This document shows positions 38,877 to 54,150 of a stretch of 64,000 nt of DNA, piece after piece (position 1 is the first letter of the stretch; every line of letters starts with the position of its first letter). Both the position numbers and the translations under genes were made by a program. The stretch lies in the NCBI RefSeq assembly GCF_032191835.1, contig NC_083227.1:112778001-112842000 (forward strand), given 5' to 3'. The DNA is from Heteronotia binoei. Taxonomy: Eukaryota. The notes under the pieces are model-generated. The model was not told where the DNA came from. It did no database searches and worked only from the letters and a program-made list of their open reading frames with translations.

Positions 38877-40435
38877 AAACGTTCCCTTAATTCTAGTCAT
38901 CCAGTCCAAAATTCTCATACTGCCAGGTTGGTAATGCCCTTTATCTCAAACAGGGATGATCAGCAAACTAGTTTCAAACCAAGTGACTCAAACTGATATA
39001 GGTTTTAGCTTAATTCAGTCCATGAAATGCTTTTCACATGCAAGAAGTTCACATGCACATACAAGTCATTAAGTGGCACACATTCTAATTCTAACCTACA
39101 GAGCACCAAAGTATCACAGTTAGATGGCTGTACAACATGGCTATAAGCAGGGGTCATTTTGTAGAAAAATAGGTGGTGCAGCTCATCCAGGGATTGTTAT
39201 GCAGCTGCACATACTATTCAATGGACAAGGAGGTGGAACTTTCAGAAAGGTTCAGGAGCTGTGCTCCTGTGAGCTCCCACTGAATCCGAGGCCTGGCTAT
39301 AACACAAAAGACCAGAACAGCTACAGAACTGACTCACTTTGTCTCTTCTAGACAACTGTGCCTAGAGAAGAGAATGTGCTTGCAAATAAAGATGTCATTT
39401 CAGAGAACGTGACTGGGAGCTATTTGATTCCAGGCTCAGTATCAGGAATACTCTGAGGGAATTTTTTGCACATGTTAAAAAATGGCTTTTTTGCTTCATT
39501 TCAGAGCTGCAAAAGAGCCAGTAACATTATTTTGATGGCTTGACAAACTTTTAAAGGTTTTCCAACACATAATAAGTTTATACACCAACATTCTCTTTGA
39601 GTCAACAGCTATAAAAACCCAACAGCATTGTGTTACAGGGCAGTTACTCATTTTTAAATTAAAAATATAGTATTTATCTATTATTTTCTATTATTATTAT
39701 TATCCATTATAGTATTTATCAATTATATGCATAATTGGGGCATTCATGACCCAAATACTCAAAAGGACTTTTTACCTCAATGGATTCCACCAACATAATA
39801 TTTCCACTACAATAATTTTTAATAACAAAATATCGGCAATATCTATATGGCAGCATTAATATAACCGGAATACCAGTAGTGGTACTTGGTCACATACATA
39901 AAGCTTTTAATGTGGGCAGCATCCAGTACAAATACTGTAAAACTCATCTATATTTGTTGGATACAGCAGTAATAATCAACAGTACGAAATGGGAGACAGA
40001 AAGGTAGAATATCTGCAGGAACCATTTTAGAAACTACTAAAAACAACATTTTTTTTCTACTTTTACAGGGATAATTAAGCATTAAGCAGATTTAGCAATC
40101 TCTTTCCTTGATTCTTCAGAGGTAGGATAAAGTAATTAAGATGAAATTATAGATAACTTTGCTTTACAAAAAACAACTATTCTCACTATGTATGGAAGCC
40201 TTCCTGTCATTGACCCTGGTAAATGCTTGTTTTAAAAACAAATCCATCATTGACACTACATTTGGACCAAGCTTTCATTTTAAGTGAAAGTGGTATCACA
40301 TGATACTCCACAAAGAAAACAGGTGATTTTTATTAGCCACAAATTACACATAGAGAACATCAGAAGATTAAGAAACCAGACAAGAGAGAAATGGATGTAG
40401 GCACAAAAGGTGGAAGTCCAGCCAGATGCTCTTAC

Positions 40436-40493
40436 CAGGTGCTATCTGGAAGGGGCTGCCACAGGTGGCCACATCAGCATGATCAGGCAAAGG
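40436..40493 (-). CDS. FAM53C: FAM53C second coding exon (PLPDHADVATCGSPFQIAP)
   Basis: 58 nt; canonical splice sites; phases fit. Confidence 0.92.
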
Positions 40494-41454
40494 CTAGGGA
40501 GGGAAACACAAGGAGTCACCACATCACAGCAACAACCAGTATCTCACAAGTGCCTCCAACTCTGTCATCCCCACCATATAACCTACAGTAATAGGCTGAT
40601 ATCAGCTACAGGATTTCATCAACATTTGGATATCTTACTCTATCTGAATTCCCTACTAACTACCTCCCAGTCAGCACACCTGCCCAAAACTTCAAAACAA
40701 TTTTTATGGTGTTATCCTTATCCTCAATCTATCCTCTAATGAAATTCTACACATCTTTAAGTCTTGGTGCCATGCATTTACTAGATTCAAGATGTCAAAT
40801 TTAAGAATGCTTTCTCCTCAGAACAGTGTTGAAAAGATAAGTCAGGAAATGAAATTATTAACAAATCCAAGTATGTACTAAACCTTTTCCCCTCTTTCAT
40901 TGTATTTCACTGTTCTTTCATGACTGGAAGTTCTTTGCGGCAAACAAGAACCACATATCCTTATTTACCTTTCTTCCTAGAGGCCTGTTCTCTTAAGAGA
41001 TGGAAGAGCTCAACTTTAAACATAGTAAAACTTACTAAAACTCACCACTTACATAAGACAAGTAGCTAAATTTTAACACAGACACACCCCAATTCCTTGT
41101 TTGGCAATAATTCACAAACACACCTAATTAAAATCTCAGGACCTCATAAATAGTTATAATAAGAGGATATTCCTGCAACTTTTACCACATTTTACAACAT
41201 CGGGTTTATTTATAACATTTATATCCTATATTTCTGCCCAATCAACTAATAACTAAAACACCATAATAAAAGCACCCTGTAAAACAAATTGAAAACCATG
41301 GCTAAAAATACATATATAGAACAAAATACAGAAAATTAAAATATAAGGAAAGAAGGATTGGGAGAATGTCAGACAAAACAACAACAAAAAGTCTTCAACC
41401 ACTGGCAGAAGGCAGTGATAGCAGGAGACAGATGAATACCCTGGGCATGGAATT

Positions 41455-43570
41455 TGTTTGTTTGTTTTTCAGATTTGTATTCTGCGCTCCCCATACGGGC
41501 TCAGGGCGGATTCCAACAAACAATACAATAAATTAAAACAGTAAAATTCAAGGTAGCAGCAGTTAAAATGATCTATTATGGCCACATTAGTGCAGTCAGT
41601 GATATTTCAGTAGTTGGGATCTGAAGCAGGGAGGCCAATCTGCCTCACTTAAAGACCTGGGGGAACAACTCTGTTCTGCAGGCCCTGCGGAATGATAAAA
41701 GGTTCCACAGGGCCCTGATATCCAGTGGGAGCTGATTCCACCGAGCCAGGGCCAGGAAAGCCCTGACCCTGGTGGAGGCTAGGTAGATTCCTTTGGGCCA
41801 GGGGTAACCAGTAGGTGTTGATCTTGTGTGAGAAAGCCTCTTCAGGGCACATATGGGGAAAGATGATCTTTCACACATGTTGGTCCCAAACCTCATAAAG
41901 CTTTAAAGGTTAATACCAACACCATGAAGTGGATCTGGTACTCAACTGGTAGCCAGCATAAGTGGTACAATACCAGCTGAACGCATGTCCACATGGGTGA
42001 AAACATCAGCATGCATGCTGTTGCATTCTGTACCACCTGGAGTTTCTGGATCAGTCACAAGAGCAAGCCCACTAAGAACAAGTTACAGTAACTTGTCTGA
42101 TCTGCAAAAAAAAAAGAAAAATGCAGATCTGGCAACTGTGGCCTCCACAGAGAATGAGGCATCCAGGATCACTCCCAGGCTCCACACCTTCTGGGACTGG
42201 TGAAAGTGGTGCACCATCCAGGGTGGGCAGTCTGATCCTGGCCTCAAACCGGTTTCAATCAGCTCTGCTGCAACCAACCAGCCTGGCCTCCAACACTCTG
42301 GTCAAATTCTCTGGGGTGAAGTCTGGGCAGCCATCCAAAAACAGATAGAGTTGGGTATCATCCATGTATTGGTGACATTCCAACCCAAACCCCCATACCA
42401 ACTGGGCAAGGGGGCACCCAGTTGAGGAGTTCCATCATATTGGTGCCATGACCAAGAAGGCCTTTTCTCAGGTGCCAACTGTCTTGCTTCAGAAAATGGG
42501 AACACCCAAAGCAAGGCCTCAGAGGATGACCACAGCTGTCAGGTCATACAGGAATAGGCGGCATATATAGGGAGAAAACTGGGAGCCAGTGCATAATGAC
42601 CAAGACTGAAGTGATATGGTTCCTACGTCTCATTCCAGACCGCATCCTGGCTACAGTTTTTGTGCTAACTGGAGCTTCCAAAGACTTTTCAAAGTCAGCC
42701 CATGTAGAGTGCATTTCATTAACTGCAATAATAGAATATAAATTTTACCAGGGCATGCACCACACTGGCAAGATCTTTTCTGCCCAGGAAAGGTCACAAG
42801 TAGTTAACTAGTTGTGGTAACTGAAGGTGGTAAAAGACACTCCTGAGCATAAAGACCACCCACCTATCAATTAGCATGCTTGGGTCCAACAGCACCCCCA
42901 AACTATGGACCTACTCCTTCAGCAGAAGTGCAACCCCATCCATAGCAAGAGACACATCAAATCCCGGATCAGTCCTTCCACCCACCAGTAGCATTTCCAT
43001 TCTGTTGGGTAAAGCTTCAGCTTACTAGCTTACACCCATCCCAAAACTGCCACCAGGCCCCAGTTCATAGTTCCTTAGCATCCCCAGGATCAGCTGGGAG
43101 CATGAGAGGTGGATGTTATCTACATATTGGTACAGCCCAGCCGAAACCTCTGGATGACCTCACCTAGTGTCTTCATATAGATGAAAAAGAGCACAGTAGA
43201 TAAGATGGAACCCTGTGGTACTCCATAAACCAAAGGCCAAGGAGGCAAGCAGCATTCATCTAGTACTACCTTCAAATACCTACCCTCAAGGTAGGATTGA
43301 AACCACCACAAAACAGTGCCTCCCATCCAGAAAGTTACTATGATCAATGGTATCAAAAGCCACTGAGAGATCCAGGAGAATCAACAGGGCCTCATCCCAT
43401 TGTCCATCTCCCAGTGCAGGTCATCTCCATGGGGACCAAGGCTGTTTCTACTCCATATTCAGGCCTGAAACTAGACTGGAATGGCTTCCAAAATGCTGAT
43501 AGAATAACGTCTCCTAGCATTATCAAGGGAAATGAAGTGCATAATGCTGAAGTGAAGCCATTTTAAACTC
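41455..43570 (-). mobile_element. Old 5'-truncated L2 LINE
   Basis: RT motif YGVPQGSILSTVLFFIYMKTLG at about 43150-43240; broken frames; L2-type 3' tail near 41455-41515. Confidence 0.75.
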
Positions 43571-46500
43571 CAAGGACCATGCAGAGTTTGATATGCTAAA
43601 ACTCCTATATGAAAAGGTGCATGTGAATTCTTTTCCCAGGTGTACCTGTAGTGATACTTTGCTGTTTTAACTAATTTCCAGGCAAAACAATTCTGCTGCT
43701 ACAGAATCAAAATCGACTCCAAAAACAATAAGAATAAGAAAAAGGCAGAATAAGAATGCACATGCTTCACAGTCCTCTGGTTCATTCTCTTTAAAAATAA
43801 ATTTTGCCATATGAGCACATTGCCTTTGGTTTCCTGATAAGGCCAATTTATCTAGGTTGTTCCATTTGATTCTGACCTTGATTGGAAAATATATCCAAAA
43901 CCCAATGATACAGAAACACTTTAGATTTAATATAGGTGGCTAGAAGACAGAACACTTGCACACAAACTAGAAACTGGTGAGAGATTTGGAAAACTAGTGT
44001 TATTCTAGACTCTTTAAACAAGGAAGATGGTAATACAACTAAAAGCAAGAATCTGGGGCCTGAAAGACAGGAAATCAAAGTATTGCACTGCTTCCCATAA
44101 TTATATCCACCACAAGAACAAATGTGAATATTCAGAACAGCAAGGCAATATATCAATATTGTTTAGATTCCTTCTAACACACACACACAAACTCTTTCTT
44201 CCCTTTGCCTGTCTCTAGCAAAATGGCTCCTTTAATCTTAATATCACAGTGTTAAAAGTCAATCTGTCTCTTTTCTGTTCAGAGAAGGAAGAGCCACATG
44301 TCTAATGCTAACATGGGGCAAATCTGCACATGGGACATGAAGGTGCAAGGCTACAACATGCATCCATACTTCTTCTGTAGTCCACATGTGTGTATATTGT
44401 TAGACAATGTTTGCTCTTCACCTGACCCTATTTGTTTGCAACACAGATCGACCATTTCATGACCAGCACAGTAAAACAATAACTAAATAGCTAATTTCTT
44501 GACCCCATGGCTATAGGGAGGTAAATGGAAGTGGGTAGGCAGGCTTTGACAAACACCTTGAAAAATATGGTTTCCTATCCAAAGAGTAGTTAGCAAGGTA
44601 TCTTTAGATAGCAAAGGTTCCAGTTTCTCCTTATGGTGCCAAATCCATTCTTCTTTCTCTAAATTTTGTGTCTCATTTTCCTGAAGATCCAAAACTGCCT
44701 CCCTGTTCAGCGACAAAAATAAAACAAAATGTTTTCCAAATTCTGTCAAAAGAATTTCCCAAACATGTTGAACAACAAGAGTTAAGTCAGCCATACAATT
44801 TGTCATTCACCCACAGGAAGCAACTGAGCACCCAAGATGCAAACTGCTCCTAAGTTAGCGGCACCATTAAGAAGCTAAGCATCCCAGTGCTGTGCTTAGC
44901 AATGAGATGCATAGCTGGCTGAATGTGTCTCTTACTCTTCTAGCATTAGCAAGCCAGATACCTTTTAAAACCAGAAGACAGAGTAGGCCATATGCCTGAA
45001 CTCTATCACTCTGCCATGAAGACTGCATATACAATGCTCTCTCTTTTAGCACTGGAGCAACTACTCATTTGATGCTAGAAGAGAGACAGACATCTGCAGC
45101 CTCCACAGCACAAACAATGTGTTTGCTGAACACACACCCAAACTATGGAGACTACACAAATGGGGCTCCTAACTCTTTCATAACAAAACACTAGAAGAGG
45201 AAGCAGCAGGGGTGGAAGGAGTAGCTGCAGCAGAAGAGAACAAAGCAGCAGACAGACAGCCCCTCCCCTCCCCACCCAGCCCAATTATTTACATGGCTGA
45301 AGTAAATGTATGCAGCATTTTCTCATGTGTCTCATTTATTCCAGTTATGAAATCTGGCTTTCCTAGTAGCAAAATAGGATTATCCAAGCTACTGCCTCAG
45401 GCTAAACATCTGCTAATATCATGGTCTGTTTATGTGATCAAGTAAGTCAAATTTCAGTTTTACTTACCACCTGAAGCCTTCCATCTACCATCATCCTAGA
45501 TACACCAATACTCCTTTGCTCTTCTTCTATTAGCTCCTAACCTGCTTTCCTCTACAACAACATATAGAACTGCCTCATCAGATCAAAGCAATGATCCATG
45601 ATCTGGCTCAGAACTTTCGCTTTTGTCAGTAGCTAGACTAGATGATACAAGGAGGTTCAGAAGCAGAACATGATGGCAAGATGTCTTCCTGTATGTCCAA
45701 AGCATTCTGCAATCAGACATACTAAAGTGTCTCTAAATACATATGCTGTACTTCTGCCTGCTGTGACTACTAACCAACTGTACATCTGCCTTCTATCCAT
45801 TTATCTTAGTGGACATCACCACATAGTAATGAATTCCATAAGTTGTGATTTGTCTTGAGTTGGATCTCTAACCTTAGGCAGCCTCCAGATTACTGTTTCT
45901 GATGAAAAAGAAGATCTGCTATGTTACCATTACTATAGCACTAGCCCTGATCAAGAATAGTAGATCGATAAACATCCAGTGCAATGGGTGGAAATGGGAG
46001 AGACCTCTTGTGTTCCCTAATTCTAAACTGTACCTGCTTTCCATAATCAGAACAGCTAACAGTCTACTCAGTTTCTTCCCCGAAGGAAAGGAAGTGTCAT
46101 TGAATTGCAGGACATTGCTGAGGGGAGCAGGTACTCTTCCACTGAGGGTTTTTTTGCTTCTTTTTTTTTTTAAAGAGCTACTTGAATGTACAGGCATCTT
46201 TTAATCCATCCTTTAATGTGATGATTTTTTAAAAAGTTCTACATCTGTTATGGCCACAGGATGAAAGAGGAAAAGGGGGATGGATAAAAGAGAAAGCTAT
46301 TTGTCATGAGTGCTATCAAATAGATTGTCCATAATTGTCACAGAAAATATGCAAACATCTTCTGCAGAAGTGCTGATAGCATTTTTGAGAGGTAATATCA
46401 GCTTCTCCAAGGCACAGACTGGTACACAGTGAGCTGGGAGCCTGCACTAAGCCTAGTGTTTTGAGGGGGGGGTGTTTTTTGTTTGTAGTTCTTTCAACAA

Positions 46501-46756
46501 TGGACTCCCCATTCCAAAAGCTGCTTTTGAACTTCTCCCCAGTTTCAAATAGCAGTTTGCCATACAGCACTGGTGGGCAGAGACTGCTCACGAAATAAAA
46601 GTTCTAACATTTCATTCATGGTTTGCTGGATCCTGGCCTAAGTTAAAAACAGCTTACAACACAATACCACTCTTCCATCAACCAAAACAGAGATCTACAG
46701 TTGAAGACAAACCTGAAGGTACTTCTAACACTACCCTAACTTTCAAGGCCAGGTCA

Positions 46757-46852
<96 letters not shown>

Positions 46853-49800
46853 TTATAATGGAGGCCTGGCATCAGAACCTCTTGTGACTCCAGCTTCTAC
46901 CTCCTGCCACCCTTCTGCCTCCCTCAGCAAGTCCAGCCGTGTTCAAGCATCATCATTATCATCAGCTGTTACACCTTCTAAGCTGTTGTCTTCATCACAA
47001 GCAAGTCATGCTTCACGACATCCTCAGGGACCCTGCAATACACAGGCATTTTAATATATGGCATACCACACTCCCTGACACCTAAACCTCTCTAGATCTG
47101 AGGCTCAAAAACAGAAATATACAAGCTAGCTTTATTTTACCCACATTTGCAATAGTAAAGTCTGAGAAGCCAACATTGCTTATTTTGCACTATATCTTCC
47201 CAATTAAAATTCCCTGGGCAAAGATGACAGAGCAAGTTAAATAACACTAAGCTTTTAGTATACATAAGGCTCAGCATTCAGCATCAGATTCTTTCTTCCG
47301 TAACTTGATAATCCAAGTCCCCTTTTATAAACTTACAGATGTTCCTACTCATCTCAGAGGTTTTATTCCTAGGGAATCCAAGCAGTATAATCTTCCCCTA
47401 TTTCTGCTGCATTATATCACCTTAACAGTTCTGTGAGGTAGACTAGGTGGTGAGATGACAACTGGCCTAGTGTCATCCAGTGAGCTCTGAAAGTATTTGA
47501 AGATCTGAATCCAGTCCCAACACCAGTTCTTCAACTCTTACTTTCAGCATGTTGCTTAACTATTTTATTTCAGAAGTCCCTATGACTGCTTTCTGAAGGT
47601 ACAGGCCAAAGAATCAGGACAACTTTCCCACCTGCACAACCATATTCCTTACTAGAGTCTAGTACCTCCTTCCATCTATTATCCCAGGGAACAGCATCTG
47701 CAACTAGCTTAATGCATAAAGATGCAATCCAAGCAAAGGTTTCTTCACATGCACAATCAGAAGTGCTAGCATCAAGGGGGAAAGCACCAGCATTTGAGTG
47801 TCATGTAAAACAAAAATCTTCAACCTCTGTGATCTTTCATAGAATTCTGCTCCCTTTGCTTTTTTTCATTACATTCTAAAGACAGTCCACTTGTCTTCCA
47901 ATCAGATCCCCTCAGATGCTTTTTTCAGTTATGGCCCATGCACACTTCAGTACTATAGCATTATTTAATATTCATTTTCTGTAGTCTGTGAGGACCGACT
48001 GAAATGGTCTTTACTCTAAACACAAACACATTGAAGTCTGGGCCTTTAGTTATTAAAGATACAATGTCCCCAGATTAGAAAGCATAAAATATTGGCTGAG
48101 TTCAGACTGCCAGCTCAGGGCAGCAGCGTGCTGCCCCAGAAGTGAGCCGGCAGAAACCGGAGCACCCCAGAGTGTCCAGACGGCCTGTGGGAAAGGGATG
48201 GGTCACAGGTGCTCTGGGGGAGCTTCCACAGCTCCCCAGGAACTTCCTGGCTGTCCAGACAGCTGGGGAGGCGCCCCAGCAATTACCACTTTGCAAGTGG
48301 TACCTTTTAGAGCCGGCTCCCAGTAAGTTGGGGACAGGTTGAGTGTGGAAACAGGCAGATGTGCATGTTTAGATGTGCTTTTTGGGGATGCTTGCCTACT
48401 GTCCCTGGGGCACCTAAAACCACTCATCTGAACCCAGTCATTGTGACTCTGAATCAGAACCATGCCCCATAATTTCTCCCTTCCAGATGGCCAGTATTCA
48501 AGACACCAGAGGAAATCACAAGATTCACTATGATTATTTGACATTTCCACTTCTATCCAAGCTTGAAGCCTTTCTTGATCTACACAAAATCTCAGCATCT
48601 GACTATCCACAACTTTAACAGCAATCATTCTGGATAATTATCACCCATAAATTCTACTTCAAAGGTCTGAGATTCCAAGGCATCTTCTCAAAAAATGTTA
48701 ATCTGCCCTTGACATCTTTCTTGTACATGTTAGTCAGAATACCTCCTGTACTGCTTTCACTAAGGATTTACAAACAGTGTCAAGGTGTGTTTTCTTAGCC
48801 AAAACCTTCACTAAAGTTTAAAAAAGAGAGAGAGAGGCAAAATAAAGGCAGCCTATTAATAGTACTGATTCTTAACTTAGGGAAGACAAATAGGAATAAT
48901 CATTCATTCTGTAATTAATGTATCAGAATACTTCATCTGATATGGCAATTCTTAATGAAGTCTATCCCCGGAAGAATTCTTGAAAGTAGGTAACTGTGGT
49001 TTCCATTTTACAAATACATAATTTAGTCAAAGAAATCCTGACTTATTCAGGACCACCCAGAAAGTCTGGCTAAAAAGCTGATTTTGAAGCCAGGATTTTT
49101 AAATCCTAGCCAGACACTGACTATTATGTTTGCAGTTTGAGGAATCCTTCCCACCCCTAAATATATATAATTTAAGAGTCTCCTTTTACTAGTGCCATCC
49201 ATCTTCTGAAATTCAACATTCTGTTAGCAAATTTTGTCCAACTATTATGTTTCTATATAAATACACATTCTGGAATGACTTTTGCATTCACAAAAAGTCA
49301 CAAGAGAACTTGGTCTAAGACTACAGGGGAAAGCCTGCAATCAGGGAATGCCTGTGAAAATGAGTAGAACAAGGTATACTGGGGGAGGGGGGAGATGAGA
49401 AAAGAAAGCACTCACAAAGACCCAAGTTGCATTTATTTGAGGTGAAAGCAACTGGCAATTTACTAGGGGTGGGGGAGAGCTAAGCAACCCACAGCTTTAT
49501 TAATGTTACCAGTTTAAAGAAAAAACATTGAAATACTTCAGTAATAAAAATTCCAGATATAGTAATACTGTATAAAGAGAGAGAAATAGAAACACCCTTT
49601 GAGAGTCCTGTAACAAACTCAAATACACTTGGTCATATTCATCCTCTCCTACATCTGTCTTCCTTTCTTCACTGTTTGTTATAGATTGTATGCTCCTTAA
49701 GGGCAGGGGCCTGGCTTTTTTGCTTATAAAATTCTATAGTTATCATGAACACTGACAGTTTCTGTAATCCCTCCTCTGGTAAAAAAAACTACAGCTTTAC

Positions 49801-51174
49801 AAAGATACACAAGAATGGCCAGGTAGTTTCCCTACATTCTTATCATAAATCTTGCTAGCACAGAAACAGGTTTTCTACTTCCATGAATGAGCAACCATTA
49901 ATCTTTCATCAGCTGTCCATTTTATGTTCCTAAAGTCCAGATTCTCTAGACCAGGGTTTCCCAAACTTTTCTTTCCTGTGGCCCTGCTATTTTTACACTT
50001 CTCCTTCAAGGCCCACTAAAACTTGGGGGTGGAGCCAGGAGACTTTGGGGGTGGAGCCAAGAGACAGGAATTATGTCATTTCCTGTGGTGTCAAGGAGCA
50101 AGTGATGTCACTTTCAGGGCACACTGAACCCAAACTCCACCTTTTCCTGTGATGTCACTTCCACGGCAGTCCCTCAAACCTGCCTCTTCTTCGGAAGCAA
50201 ATTCATTTTCAGAAAAATCTCTCTGAAACTCATGCTGAGCCAAAACGGGGGTGGAAAGTGGGCGGTCCTCTCTTTTCACCCCCACACCTGCATGTACTCT
50301 CTGTTTGTGTATTCTTCTCCAGCTTGCAAGCACTCCTAATGCCCATGTTCAATTGCCTGCACCACCTACAAATCCTTTCCTCAACAGCACTGGCCAGTGT
50401 ATGCAGTTGGGAGTGCTGTTGCCATTGCCATCAGGAATGCCAGCACTGTGTACCACCCACATTGGGCCCTGGCAGTTGCTCTACCTCAAAATATGCTGAC
50501 ACATTTAGTAGGCCCTTCCTTCAGCTGCTACTACTGGAACCCTGCCTCAAGCTACAACCAAGCTTGCTTGGCTTCAAGAAAATCTTTCGACAGCTATTTT
50601 TCATACTTTTCTTTGGTTGAAACACTGGGAAATTGCTGTGAAAGGTAGCAGAGAATTGTACTGCAATTAATGAATTAATTTCAAGTTATATGAAGTTCAT
50701 ACAAGCTTTTCTGCAGTTATCCCAAAAAGAATATTTATCAGGGGCTTGCAGCTTTTTGCTGGCTGTGTTTCCCATGCCTTTAAAAGCAACCTGTTGTGCA
50801 GATACTTAGCCAGTTAACTACTTTCATTCTTTTTAATATCTACAGGAGGAGTTTAATTTTGGTGTCAGACAGCTGTTAAAAGAAGGACCAGTAAAATGGT
50901 GCCAAGTTCATAGTACCATCTCTTCCAGTGCTGTTGAGATATACCGCAGTAATCACCAATAATCTCTTTCTGCCCCACACCTCTTACTCTCACTCACTCA
51001 CACAGAAATCTCATAGAAGGCCACCTGGCTACAACTGGGAGTGCCAACTTTTCATTGGCAGAGCTCCTATGTCTGCAGCAACAGTACGATGAACAGAAAA
51101 GTTTCATCCAGCAAAAATGGAAGGAAAGAAAGAAAGGGAAAGAAAGGAAAGGAAAAGAAAGACACGGAAAGAAA

Positions 51175-51350
51175 GAACATAAACATAAGAGGAGCCATGC
51201 TGGATCAGGCCAGTGAACTATCCAGTCCAAAATTCCCTCATACAATGCCCAAAAACCACCAGAACGTCCACCAGTGGGGCCAGGGCACTAGAAGCCCTCC
51301 TACTGTTGCTTTGCCCACCCCCAAGAATACTGACAGAGCATCATTTGCAG
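51175..51350 (-). mobile_element. CR1 3'-end fragment
   Basis: Reverse complement of the TGGCCTGATCCAGCATGGCT...CTTATG tail also seen at 17396-17445 and 62840-62875. Confidence 0.7.
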
Positions 51351-52849
51351 GGAAAGAAAGAAAGAATGGGGGGGGGGGAAGAAAAAAAAAGCCTTCTTCA
51401 CCATCAGATGACCCCCGCCAGCAAAAATTCTGCCCAGGGGTCGTTTGGCAAAAAAAAACAGCTACTGGAATGCCCACTCCCTGCCCCTCCCAGCTGAAAA
51501 AAACACACATATCCTTCTTTGCTGCCCAGCCTCCTGGGGAAATCTCCCCAAAAGAACATGCTGCAACACACATGAAAGCTCATACCTTGAAGAACACTTC
51601 ATGGGTCTAAAGTGCCAATGGATGCTAGCTTTTTTCTCAAACACTGGGAGCAGGGGAAAAGGAAGGAGAGGCAGCCCAGCGGGGAGATGGGGCGGGGCTA
51701 GCTTTGGCTTTTCTTGTGACCCGGCAGTGAGGCTTCTGTGGCTCGGTACCAGGTCACAACCCTGTAAATGGGAAACACTGCTCTAGACTAATCTAGAGAG
51801 CTTCTACTATCAACGATTTCCCATTTTCCCCAGAACTATAATCCTGATTAATTTTTCATCAGATACAGAGTACTGGATTTAGATCTGAAAGACTGAAATT
51901 CAATCCCATGCTCAGTCATGATGAAGCTTCTTGGGTGGCCTTGGATAAGTACTATCTCTACTACACCCTAACGGGCAGGACTGTTGTGAGGATAACACAA
52001 GATAAAAGATGTAATGTAACTCACCCTAAGCCCTGAAGATAGGTGAGAAATCCATAGAAATAGTTACACCAAGCCTCATCTAATATGCCAAATACCTTGT
52101 GGTTATTCTTCACTAGCAGGCATGTTGCTAAATTACGCTTGCCCTTTGTTTCCTGCCCTTAGGCAACTGGTTACAGTACTTTGCATCTTGTTCCACTCCT
52201 ACTTTCTTTAACAGATTCAGGCCGCAGCCCTTTAGAAAGCCCCGCTAAATCAAGCTCCTTGCCCAATGGCTTTTAAATTAAGTTCACCAAATTCCAAAAG
52301 GCAGCCTTCCTCTCCAAATTTATAGGATTTCACAAATATTAAATTATTTCGTCTCAGGTTACCCACCATTTACCAAACAGAAAAATACAGGAAGGCTTGA
52401 AGCAACCGGTAAAACCTCCAGCAGCTCTGCCACACGCACAGTGCAAGCCTCCATGACATGATTTTACCATGCAGGGAGATTAAACTGCGTTTTAAGAATG
52501 GGTCCCAACAACCTAGTTTTAGGAATGCATCCACAGGGGACGCAATACTTAACAAAGCATAGCTATCCCATCCTCCACTGAGGGAGCCACTTTTCCACTT
52601 CCCAATGAAGGCCCTCCATTCCACTCCAAATTTTCACACAGATGTATTCACACACAAGAGCGCACCACCAAAAGCGACATCCTGCTTGGAAATCCCAACA
52701 TTCCTCCCATCAACCCAGTAAAATTAAGCCCTCATAAACAAAACAGCCCTAGCTTTATAATCCCTTTACCTTACATTAAATACCTTAGAAAGACATATCA
52801 CAAAGACAACCCCCCAGAAGATGCCAGAAAACCTCCTCTGCTGGCACCA

Positions 52850-53600
52850 CCGAAATCCCTAATGCACCCCAAAATATTTCAACAACCCCCTCCCTCTCCA
52901 TGTGCGCACACACACCTAGCTTCACAGCCCCCTCCACCGCATACCACCTTTTCCGGTACCCACCGCGCCAGGAGAATGTGGCGGCGGCTCCAATACCTCC
53001 TCGCGGGGCCAGAGCAGTTGTGCGCCCCGAACGGTCTTGCAAGCCACCCCCCCCCCCTTCACTGCTAAACACCCCCGGACCCGACCATCAGCCAAAGGGG
53101 AAGGTTCTCGAGCACTAGCCCCACCACCCGCCACCGTCCTCCTTCTCTACCCCGACGGCCTGGGCTCCCAGCCCCACCACCCCCCGCAGGAGCCTCTGCT
53201 CCCCCCTTCGGTCGGGAGTGGACCGACCCGCTGAGCCCAAACCACCCACACAAAAAAGGGGGGGACGCCTGGTAGCTCAGAAAGGACCTACGAGACAATC
53301 TGAGAAAGGGATCCGGACATCTGCAGATCTACCCCAACCTGTCCTCCCTGCTGCTGCACCATAGCGGGTGATCTTCCCACGATTCTGGATTTTGCCCCAA
53401 CACCATACTCTTTTGCTCCCCTTCTATGGCCCATACCACGTGGCAAAGCATGATGGGACATGTAGTTCGACGTTGGTCTCCTGGTGAATGGTATTTGTGT
53501 CTCTTCTCCCCCCCCCCCCCCGCCCCCCAACCTCTGGCCCTTTCCTTCCGCGCCCGAGAAGCATTTTCTGTCTAATTCCGTAGGGTACTTAATTTGAGCC
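52850..53600 (-). promoter_or_regulatory. FAM53C: CpG island, probable promoter and non-coding exon 1 of FAM53C
   Basis: CpG/GC-rich island with long C tracts upstream of the FAM53C coding exons. Exon boundaries not determined. Confidence 0.6.
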
Positions 53601-54034
53601 AGATGTGGTCACAAACTATGCTTTGGGGAACAAGGCTCAGCCATGTACAGTGGGATAATACATTTGTATAGATTTTCTAGTGCCTCTCTATTAAGTAGCT
53701 TTCAGATAAAATGAAACTCACAATCGGGGACCTAGCTTTGATCCTCTTTGCACAAAGCAAAAACCATTTAGGTATGTATCTGATGCAAAAATGAACAACT
53801 GGTGGTAAAATTATGCTGAAGCTCCATGTACTCCGACTGCAGGAAAACAACTAAACCTATTGCTCTTTGTTTCTCCAACTTGCCAAGGCTTCACTTTAAC
53901 ACACATGAAGTGGAATACATTGTACAAAATGCTAGCTAGAAAAACCTGAGTACAGCCTTAAGGCCAGTTTTAAGGGGCCAGGTCCCTTCTACTTGCACAT
54001 TGGACACTTCATGCTTGATCACTAGTAAATGTTC

Positions 54035-54150
54035 AGTCATTGTGTGCACACAAAAGCTCATTCTTTGAATAAAACTTTGTTGGTCTTAAAGGTACCACTG
54101 GACTCTTAACTGTATTCTATTGCTTCAGACCAACACAGCTACGCACCTGG
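54035..54150 (+). mobile_element. Penelope-like terminal remnant
   Basis: GTGTGCACACAAAAGCTCA...GAATAAAACTTTGTTGGTCTTAAAGGT...CAGACCAACACAGCTAC, homologous to 34545-34640 and 5841-5935. Confidence 0.6.

Noticed and set aside
39502-39519. GGCTCTTTTGCAGCTCTG (minus) resembling a histone stem-loop
   Set aside because: The stem cannot form the 6-bp/4-nt GGCTCT-TTTC-AGAGCC structure, and no histone ORF is nearby.
49951-50626. Possible hAT element starting CAGGGTTTCCCAAAC after CTCTAGAC
   Set aside because: The right TIR and TSD do not match convincingly, so boundaries are unsupported.
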